This document shows, in pieces, positions 56,827-64,000 of a DNA stretch of 64,000 bases. Under the pieces are notes generated by a model. It did no database searches and was not told where the DNA came from. It saw only the letters and a list, made by a program, of their open reading frames with translations. Source of the DNA: Dehalococcoidia bacterium (GTDB lineage Bacteria > Chloroflexota > Dehalococcoidia > SM23-28-2 > RBG-16-64-32); NCBI GenBank assembly GCA_963665775.2, contig CAXXTF010000002.1:1280001-1344000 (forward strand), read 5' to 3'. The position numbers were made by a program, and so were the translations under genes. Position 1 is the stretch's first letter. Each line of letters opens with the position of its first letter.

Positions 56827-58488
56827 CTACATCCGCTCCGGGGCGGTCATCCCCATCAGCCCCAGGGCGCGGGCCAGCACCTGCTTGGCCGCCGCCACCA
56901 GCTTCAGCCGTGCCTTGGACAGCGGCAACGGCACCTCGTCGGACACCACGCGGCACCTCTCGTAGAAGTCGTGGAAGGCCGTAGCCAGCTCCACGGCGTA
57001 GTACGGCAGCTGGTGTGGCTCCAGGCTGACGGCGATGGATTCCACCAGCTCCGGCAAGAAGAGCATCTTGCGGACCAGCGCCAGCTCCGCCTCGTGGGTC
57101 AGCAGCGACACGTCGCCATCCGCGTAGTCGCCGATCCGCTCGGCGTGGGAGAGGATGCCGGCGATGCGGGCGTGGGCGTACTGCACGTAGTAGACGGGAT
57201 TCTCGGCGCCCTGACGCTTGGCCAGCTCCAGATCGAACTCGATGTGGGAGGCCGCGGCCCGCCCCACGAAGTTGAAGCGAGCGGCATCGGCCCCCACCTC
57301 CTCGATGACATCCCTGAGGGTAATGATCTCGCCTGCCCGCTTGGAGAGGCGAACCACCTCGGCGCCGCGCTTCAAGGTTACTAGCTGGTAGATGATGATC
57401 GTCAGCCGCTCCGAGTCGACGCCCAGGGCCGACGCCGCCGCCTTCATCCGCGGCACGTGCCCCTGATGGTCGGCGCCCCAGACGTTAATGACCCGATCGA
57501 AGCCCCGCCGCAGGAACTTGTCGTAGTGATAGGCGAGATCCGAGGCGAAGTAGGTCGGCGCGCCCGAGGAGCGGACCAGGACGTTGTCCTTCTCGTCCCC
57601 CAGGGCGGAGGAGACGAACCAAACGGCGCCTTCCCGCTCCACCACGTAACCGCGCTCCCTGACAAGGGCCAGCGCCTCCTCATACGTGCCGGACGTGTAC
57701 AGGGCCTGCTCGGAGAACCAGTTGTCGTAGTGGACGCCGACGGCCGCCAGATCCTCCTTGATAACGCCCAGCATCTTCGCCACACCCAGGTCGTGCAGCT
57801 CCTGCGGGTAGGGCTCTCCCGGCGGCCGCAACAGGGAATCGCCGTGCTCCGCCAGCAGCTCCTGGGCCAGCTTGAGCATGTACTCTCCGGGGTAGCCACC
57901 CTCCGGCAGCTCCACCTCTCGCCCCAGCAGCTGCTGGTAGTGGGCGTACAGGGTGGCCGCGAAGATCTGTGTTTGAGTCCCAGCATCGTTCACCAGGTAC
58001 TCCCGTTGGACATCGTAGCCGGCGGCGGCCAGCACCCTGGCCAGAGTGTCGCCCAGGGCCAGGCCACGGCCGTTGCCCACGTGCAGCGGCCCCACCGGGT
58101 TCGCCGACACGTACTCTACCTGCACCCGACGACCCTGACCCAGCGGCACATCGCCGAAGGCCGGGCCCTGCTGGAGAATAGCGTTCACCTGCGCCACCAG
58201 CCAGGCCTCCGAGAGGTGGAAGTTTATGAACCCTGGCGCAACAACCTCAACCAACGACAGCTCATCCCCGCCCTTTATATGCCGACCAATTGCACTGGCA
58301 ATATCCATAGGGTTCATGCGGGCAGAGCGGGCTATGCGCAGCGCAAGGCTGCAAGCGTAGTCGCCGTGCAGCGGCGACTGCGGCCGCTCAACAGCCACCG
58401 CCGGCACCGGAACGGCCGGCACCTCCCCAGCCTCTTGCGCCCGCCGGACGGCCCCCGCTATGAGGTTCTCGATGTCGTCTCTGATCAC
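56827..58488 (-). CDS. argS: Arginine--tRNA ligase
   Basis: EYVSANPVGPLHVGNGRG, WGADHQGH, NPVYYVQYAHAR, APERM; GTG start at 58488 likely. Confidence 0.96.
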   Translation of the reverse strand: MIRDDIENLIAGAVRRAQEAGEVPAVPVPAVAVERPQSPLHGDYACSLALRIARSARMNPMDIASAIGRHIKGGDELSLVEVVAPGFINFHLSEAWLVAQVNAILQQGPAFGDVPLGQGRRVQVEYVSANPVGPLHVGNGRGLALGDTLARVLAAAGYDVQREYLVNDAGTQTQIFAATLYAHYQQLLGREVELPEGGYPGEYMLKLAQELLAEHGDSLLRPPGEPYPQELHDLGVAKMLGVIKEDLAAVGVHYDNWFSEQALYTSGTYEEALALVRERGYVVEREGAVWFVSSALGDEKDNVLVRSSGAPTYFASDLAYHYDKFLRRGFDRVINVWGADHQGHVPRMKAAASALGVDSERLTIIIYQLVTLKRGAEVVRLSKRAGEIITLRDVIEEVGADAARFNFVGRAAASHIEFDLELAKRQGAENPVYYVQYAHARIAGILSHAERIGDYADGDVSLLTHEAELALVRKMLFLPELVESIAVSLEPHQLPYYAVELATAFHDFYERCRVVSDEVPLPLSKARLKLVAAAKQVLARALGLMGMTAPERM

Positions 58489-58568
58489 AGCCTGTCCAAA
58501 GCTTCCCCCGCCCCACCTACCGGAGCGGCACATAACAGTCCGATTCTAGCCCAGATGCAGAACAAGCG

Positions 58569-61127
58569 CTATGACGCCTCCGCCGATACGCGGCCCCACA
58601 GCTCGTCCACCCGCGACCGCAGCCCTGCATGCTCCGGCCTTCGCAGCTCCGGGTCAGCCGCCAGCAAGCCGGTCGCCTCGTCCCGCGCCTGCTCGATCAA
58701 TGCCACATCCGTTAGCCTGGCCACCTTCAGGTCGGGCAGGCCGGACTGCCTCGTCCCGAAGTATTCCCCTGGCCCACGGATACGCAGATCCTCCTCGGCC
58801 AGCGTAAACCCATCGTCCACCGTCTCCATGATTCGTAGTCGCTCCCGCACCTCCGGCGACTGCCCCTCTGAGAGCAGCAGGCAGAAAGCCTGCTCCCTGC
58901 TGCGCCGCACCCGCCCCCGGAACTGGTGCAGCTGGGCCAGGCCGAAGCGGTCCGCCCCCTCCACCAGCATCACGGTGGCGTTCGGCACGTCAATCCCCAC
59001 CTCCACCACCGCTGTGGCGACGAGGATATCCAGATCCCCATCCCGGAACGCCCGCATCGCGGCGTCCTTCTCGGCCGGTGTAACCCGTCCGTGTACCAGA
59101 CCCAGGCGCAGCTCCGGAAACACCTCCCGGGACAGCCGCTCGTACTCCTGGACAGCGGCCCTGGCCGCCACCGCATCCGACTCCTCCACCAGGGGGCAGA
59201 TGACGTACGCCTGCCGGCCCTCCTTCACCTTCCGGCGCACGAAGTCGTAGGCCTGTACCCTCTCCTCGGAGCGCAGACGATGGGTCTTCACCGGCGGCCG
59301 CCCCGGGGGCATCTCGTCGAGGACAGTGATATCCAGGTCTCCATACACAGTGAGGGCCAGCGTCCGCGGTATGGGCGTGGCCGTCATCACCAGCATATGG
59401 GGACTTAGCCCCTTCTCGCGCAGGGCCGCCCTCTGCGCCACGCCAAAACGATGCTGCTCGTCCACCACGATCAGCCCCAGCCGGGGGAACTCCACCCCTT
59501 CCTGGATCAGAGCGTGCGTGCCGATGGCTATGTCCACCTCGCCGCCGGCGATGGCGTCCTGAGCGGCAGTCCTCTCGGCGGCCTTGAGGCTGCCCGTCAG
59601 AAGCGCCATCCGCAGCGGCCGTTCCATATAGGGCACGTTAAGGGCGACAAACCCGGGGCCTGCGGCCTCAAACCACAACCCACTGCCCCCTCCCCTCGTG
59701 GTATCCGGCTCCAGCAGGAGGTTGAACGTCCTGAAGTGCTGTTCAGCGAGAATCTCCGTGGGGGCCATGATCGCCCCCTGGTAGCCGCTGGCCACGGCCG
59801 CCAGTAGAGCCGCCACCGCCACCACCGTCTTGCCGCTGCCCACGTCCCCCTCCAGCAGGCGGCCCATGGGCACATCGCGCCCCATGTCCGACAGGACACC
59901 GCCGATCGCCCGCTTCTGGGCGCCCGTCAGCTGAAAGGGAAGCGCCCGCGAAAAGCCATCGTGGGCCGCCGCCGGCAGGGCCAACGTGGGCGCCCCGCCT
60001 GCGGCCTGCCACTCTCGGCGCCGGCGCACGACCCCCAGCTGTATGTACAGCAGCTCCTCCAGGGCGAAGCGCCGCCGGGCCGCCTCTGCCTCCTCCGTGG
60101 AGCTAGGGAAGTGCATCTGTCTCAGGGCGGCAGCCACTGGCGGCAGACGCAACCGACGCCGGAATGGCTCCGGCAGCGGCTCCGCCACCTCCCCAGCCAA
60201 GGCGTCGATCGCTTCCCGCGCCAGCCGCCGGACCAGCCGTTGCGGCAACCCCTCCGTGCCCGGGTATACGGGCACCAGACGCCGCGTATGCAACGACTCA
60301 TCGTCCAGCGGCTCGAACTCCGGGTTCTCCATCTGCGGCCGGCCGCGAAAGACGGTCACCCGCCCGCTAAAGGCCACCTGTTCACCCTCCCGCAGGCGTC
60401 GGGCCACGTGCGTCTGTCCCCACCAGATCACCCTCAGCGTCCCCGTGTCGTCGCCCACGATCGCCTCCGTAGCCTTACGCCGCCCGATCACGGTCGCGCC
60501 CGCGGACCAGACGTTCCCCAGGACAGTCTGCTCACCGCCCACCGCCAGCTCGGCGATGGGCCGCACCTGCGAGTAGTCGTGGTAGCGGGAAGGGAACAGG
60601 AATAGGAGATCATTGAGCGTCTCCACGCCGAGCTTCCTGAACTTCGCGTCGTAACTGCGGCTTACCCCCTTGAGCGCGCTCAACGGCGAGTCCAGAGTGG
60701 CGATGATCCGACCCGCTGGAGGTTTCGCGGCGCGCCCAGCCGAGGGGGCCGGGGAAGGCGTCCTGGCCGCCGCCGCCGGTTTGGGGCGCGGGGGCTCCGG
60801 CCCGCCTTCCGCCACCACCGTGGGGCGCGGGGGCTCCGGCCCGCCTTCCGCCACCGCCGTGGGGCGCGGGGGCTCCGGCCCGCCTTCCGCCACCGCTTTC
60901 AGTAGCTCCTCCAATACCCGTCGCCGCTGCACTGGGTGAAGCACCCGATAGCCTCCGGGCGGCAAGGACCGTAGCACCTGAGAGAAGCGGTGAGTAGGAG
61001 GGAATCCCATCTCCTGAAGGGAGCGCAGCAGGTAGGCGTCCAGGCCGCCGATGACAGCCGTGTCGGCGAACCGCCGCCCCTTCTCCAGGGCCAGAACCTT
61101 GCGCAGCCGATCTACTGCCCCGGCCAA
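58569..61127 (-). CDS. recG: ATP-dependent DNA helicase RecG
   Basis: GDVGSGKT, APTEILAEQH, DEQHRFG, TATPIPR, RFGLAQLHQFRGRV. Confidence 0.97.
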   Translation of the reverse strand: MAGAVDRLRKVLALEKGRRFADTAVIGGLDAYLLRSLQEMGFPPTHRFSQVLRSLPPGGYRVLHPVQRRRVLEELLKAVAEGGPEPPRPTAVAEGGPEPPRPTVVAEGGPEPPRPKPAAAARTPSPAPSAGRAAKPPAGRIIATLDSPLSALKGVSRSYDAKFRKLGVETLNDLLFLFPSRYHDYSQVRPIAELAVGGEQTVLGNVWSAGATVIGRRKATEAIVGDDTGTLRVIWWGQTHVARRLREGEQVAFSGRVTVFRGRPQMENPEFEPLDDESLHTRRLVPVYPGTEGLPQRLVRRLAREAIDALAGEVAEPLPEPFRRRLRLPPVAAALRQMHFPSSTEEAEAARRRFALEELLYIQLGVVRRRREWQAAGGAPTLALPAAAHDGFSRALPFQLTGAQKRAIGGVLSDMGRDVPMGRLLEGDVGSGKTVVAVAALLAAVASGYQGAIMAPTEILAEQHFRTFNLLLEPDTTRGGGSGLWFEAAGPGFVALNVPYMERPLRMALLTGSLKAAERTAAQDAIAGGEVDIAIGTHALIQEGVEFPRLGLIVVDEQHRFGVAQRAALREKGLSPHMLVMTATPIPRTLALTVYGDLDITVLDEMPPGRPPVKTHRLRSEERVQAYDFVRRKVKEGRQAYVICPLVEESDAVAARAAVQEYERLSREVFPELRLGLVHGRVTPAEKDAAMRAFRDGDLDILVATAVVEVGIDVPNATVMLVEGADRFGLAQLHQFRGRVRRSREQAFCLLLSEGQSPEVRERLRIMETVDDGFTLAEEDLRIRGPGEYFGTRQSGLPDLKVARLTDVALIEQARDEATGLLAADPELRRPEHAGLRSRVDELWGRVSAEAS
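60782..60896. repeat. In-frame 39-bp tandem repeat x3 in the RecG N-terminal linker
   Basis: Copies start at 60782, 60821 and 60860, each encoding VAEGGPEPPRP. Confidence 0.9.
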
Positions 61128-61131
61128 GTGG

Positions 61132-61977
61132 CTATTCTTCCCCCTCTAGCAGGACGATCCCCAGCACTCCCGGCCCGCAATGGGCGCCGATGACTGGTCC
61201 TACACGCGTCGTCTGGATGTCGGCGGCGGGGAACGCCTCGGCCAGCCTACGCCGCATCTCCCCCGCTTCCTCCGGGTTGGTGGAGTAGCCGACGGCCAGC
61301 TCCTGGAGCCCGGTGTAAGACGAGGCGATCTGAAGGACCTTGTCCAGGGCGCGGGCCCGCGTACGTAGCCGCTCCTCCGGGTGCACCTCCCCGTCGCGAA
61401 CAGAGAGGATCGGTTTCACCCCCAACACCGTCCCCAGGAAGGCTCCGGCCCGCCCTATCCTGCCCCCTCGGCGCACGTACTCCAGGGTGTCCAGAACGAC
61501 GAAGATGTGTACCCGCGGGATGAGCCGCTCCACCACCTGCCCGACCTCCTCCAGGCTGGCCCCTCCCTTGGCCGCTCGCGCTGCCGCGGCGGCCACGTAA
61601 GTCATACCGAAAGTGACCAACCGGGAGTCGATCACCTCGACACGGGCGCCGCGCTCCGCCAGGATCTGGGCCGCCTGGCAGGCGTTGCTGTATGTGGCCG
61701 ACAGCTTGGACGAGAGGTGGATGGAAACGATCTCCTCGGCCTCGGCCAGCAGTGGCTCATACACCGCCAAGAAGTCGCCCACAGAAGGGGCGGAGGTTGT
61801 GGGCAGCTCTTTGCTGCGAACCAGCTTTTCGTAGAACTGGTCGTGACTGATATCAACCCCTTCCCGGTACCCCTCGTCACCGAATATCACACTCAGGGGG
61901 ACGACGGAGATGTTCAGCTCCTCGGCTAGGGGAAGAGGCAGATCAGCGGTGCTGTCGGTGACAATACGAACGGCCAA
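61132..61977 (-). CDS. degV: DegV/FakB fatty-acid-binding protein
   Basis: IVTDSTADL, PTTSAPS, LSSKLSAT, GGRIG, VIGAHCGPG. Confidence 0.93.
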   Translation of the reverse strand: MAVRIVTDSTADLPLPLAEELNISVVPLSVIFGDEGYREGVDISHDQFYEKLVRSKELPTTSAPSVGDFLAVYEPLLAEAEEIVSIHLSSKLSATYSNACQAAQILAERGARVEVIDSRLVTFGMTYVAAAAARAAKGGASLEEVGQVVERLIPRVHIFVVLDTLEYVRRGGRIGRAGAFLGTVLGVKPILSVRDGEVHPEERLRTRARALDKVLQIASSYTGLQELAVGYSTNPEEAGEMRRRLAEAFPAADIQTTRVGPVIGAHCGPGVLGIVLLEGEE

Positions 61978-62068
61978 GGCAGCCTCCTATGGACGTAGTA
62001 TAGCAGCCGGGAGGCAGACCAGGGAGCATATAGTGCCTGGAAGCCAGCCTACCTACAAACCGATGCCA

Positions 62069-62155
62069 GACCCTTCGCTGAGTTTATCCTGAGCGTAGCC
62101 GAAGGGCTCAGGGCGACATCTACGACAGCATCATTCTGAGCGAACCGAAGAATCC
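62069..62155. repeat. REP-like palindromic element cluster (CTGAGC...CGAAG type)
   Basis: CCCTTCGCT...ATCCTGAGCGTAGCCGAAGGGCTCAGGGCGAC followed by TCATTCTGAGCGAACCGAAGAATC; related units in both orientations. Confidence 0.6.
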
Positions 62156-62227
62156 CCACGGAGCGATCACCCGATCAGCCCCTACCCGGGCACGAGCGAT
62201 GCCGGGCCGGCATCCACCCCAGCACCC

Positions 62228-63877
62228 CTATTCGACGGAGACGATGTACTGATAGTGCGGCTGCCCGCCGAACACCACCTCCACCTCGTGGGCAGGGTAG
62301 CGCTCTCGCAGCTCCTCGGCCAGGGCCTCAGCCCCGGCCTGAACGATCTCGGCGCCATAGTAGAGGGTTACCAGGCTATTTCCTTCGCCGACCAGCCCCT
62401 CCAGGGCTCGACCTACAGCCTCCTCGGCCGACTCCGCCACCAGCCTCAGCTCATCGTCCACGATGGCAATGATCTCACCCTCCGTCACCATTACCTCGCG
62501 AAGGCTGGTAGAACGAGCAGCGCGACACACCTCTACCGTCCGCACGCCTTCCCGTGCCGCCCCCATCGCCCGCACGTTCGCCTCCAGATCGGCGTCCTGA
62601 CTCAGCGCCAGCAAGGCAGCGACGCCCTGGGGGATAGACCGCGAATGCACAACCCGCATCCGCTTCTTGGTCAGCGCCGCGCCCTGCTCCGCGGCCATGA
62701 TGATGTTCTTATCGTTGGGCAGCACGATAACGTCGTCCCTGGGGCAATCCTCCACCGCCGCCAGAATGTCCCCAGTGCTGGGATTCATCGTCGGCCCGCC
62801 GGACAGCACCCGGTCACAACCCAGGCTGCGGAACACCTCCGCCATCCCCTCCCCCGCAACCACCGCCACCGAGGAGATCGGCCCGGCTTCCGGCTCGGCC
62901 TCCCGCCGCGACTCGTGCCCCTCCAGGAAACGGTCCGCCTGCCGCCGGATGTTGTCCACCTTCACCTGAATCAGGCCCCCGATGTCCGTCCCGTAGCTCA
63001 GCACGGCCCCGGGGTCATCCGTGTGCAGATGCACCCGCACGACGCGATCCTCTCCCACCACCAGCACGGAGTCGCCCAGCTCAAGCATCCGATCCCGGAT
63101 GGAATCGGGCTCCAGCGCCTCACCGCCGATAAGGATCTCCGTGCAGTAGCCGTACAGCGACTCCTCGACATCGTGGATCTGCTCGGTGACAGCCAACCAA
63201 TCGCTGCCCACACGCTCCCCGACAGCGGCGACCGCCACGTCCAGCGGTTCGCCCTTCAAGCCGCGAAGCATCCCTTCCAACAGCACGCATAGCCCCTGGC
63301 CGCCGGCGTCCACCACACCCGCATCGGCCAGCACGGGCAGGAGCGTGGGCGTCCTAGCCACGCTATCCCTGGCCGCGGCTACCGCCACCTCCAGCAACTC
63401 AACGATATCCCGCTGGCCGCCGCTCAGGCTCTCCCGCGCGGCCTGGGCCACCTCCCGCATCACGGTCAGGATCGTGCCCTCCACCGGCTTGGTCACCGCC
63501 CTGTAGGCCACCGACGATCCTTCCTCCAGGCCCAGCACGAGCGCCTCGGCGTCGAGCGTCTCGGCCCCATCCGCTGCCTGCGCCATACCCCGAACGATCT
63601 GGGAGAGGATAACGCCGGAGTTCCCGCGGGCCCCCATGAGCGCCCCGTAGGAGAGGGCCGCCAGTATCGCCCCCACGCCCTCCTCCCCACAGCGCTCCGC
63701 CTCCTCCAGGGTAGAACGCATGGTAAGGTGCATGTTCGTGCCGGTATCCCCGTCCGGCACGGGGAACACGTTGATCGCGTTCACCTGCTCCACGTGTCGC
63801 TCCAGCCAGGCGGCGGCGGCGGCGAACGATTCTCGCAGTTGGGAACCGGACAGGGTTTCCAGAGTAGGGGTGGTCAT
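62228..63877 (-). CDS. DAK2/FakA fatty acid kinase family protein
   Basis: INVFPVPDGDTGTNM, GARGNSGVILSQ, VVDAGG, YGYCTE, GGQPHY; upstream of degV. Confidence 0.93.
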   Translation of the reverse strand: MTTPTLETLSGSQLRESFAAAAAWLERHVEQVNAINVFPVPDGDTGTNMHLTMRSTLEEAERCGEEGVGAILAALSYGALMGARGNSGVILSQIVRGMAQAADGAETLDAEALVLGLEEGSSVAYRAVTKPVEGTILTVMREVAQAARESLSGGQRDIVELLEVAVAAARDSVARTPTLLPVLADAGVVDAGGQGLCVLLEGMLRGLKGEPLDVAVAAVGERVGSDWLAVTEQIHDVEESLYGYCTEILIGGEALEPDSIRDRMLELGDSVLVVGEDRVVRVHLHTDDPGAVLSYGTDIGGLIQVKVDNIRRQADRFLEGHESRREAEPEAGPISSVAVVAGEGMAEVFRSLGCDRVLSGGPTMNPSTGDILAAVEDCPRDDVIVLPNDKNIIMAAEQGAALTKKRMRVVHSRSIPQGVAALLALSQDADLEANVRAMGAAREGVRTVEVCRAARSTSLREVMVTEGEIIAIVDDELRLVAESAEEAVGRALEGLVGEGNSLVTLYYGAEIVQAGAEALAEELRERYPAHEVEVVFGGQPHYQYIVSVE

Positions 63878-64000
63878 AGCTAGCCTAACCCCGGCGATGT
63901 AGAAACAGGGGACTCACCTTGCTCCTACGGAAGCGGGATGATACCATGCGTGCTGCTGCATTCTAGCAAGCCCTATTTCAGGGGTAAAGGGGACTATCGG

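Noticed and set aside
60782-60896. CRISPR array
   Set aside because: The repeats are contiguous, in frame within recG, and have no unique spacers; no cas genes are present.

Overview
High-GC bacterial window, most consistent with Chloroflexota (probably Dehalococcoidia-like). This is an inference from the RecA '[11 protein letters not shown]' motif, the recA-recX-rny-ymdB-PHP synteny, F420 genes and a Tad locus without a secretin. Contents in order: a 5'-truncated HAMP-PAS-GGDEF-HD-GYP gene; a cryptic RelE remnant; yggS-proC-yggT-recA-(lipoprotein)-recX-rny-ymdB-PHP; a complete minus-strand hopanoid operon (hpnC-hpnD-hpnE-yjbQ-polyprenyl synthase-hpnH-hpnG-epimerase-shc) divergent from npdG-cofE; a Tad/Flp pilus locus followed by its own regulatory block; glcDEF; cofG-cofH; a LysM-bearing class A PBP; gatCA; an aminotransferase; an intact IS1380 with 19-bp IRs and a 5-bp TSD; IMPase-argS-recG-degV-DAK2. 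The best candidate for a new system is the Tad regulatory block. It has two paralogous XRE repressors plus an unannotated 59-aa protein made only of their shared C-terminal domain (a SinR/SlrR/SinI-like arrangement). It also has an ECF sigma/anti-sigma pair whose likely promoter motif GTAAC-N16/17-CRTCT sits upstream of the pilins, cpaB and the sigma gene itself. The sigma gene is frameshifted by a 23-bp tandem duplication, and other tad genes carry lesions. No tRNA, rRNA or CRISPR array was recognised. All calls come from reading the sequence by eye; no database searches were run.
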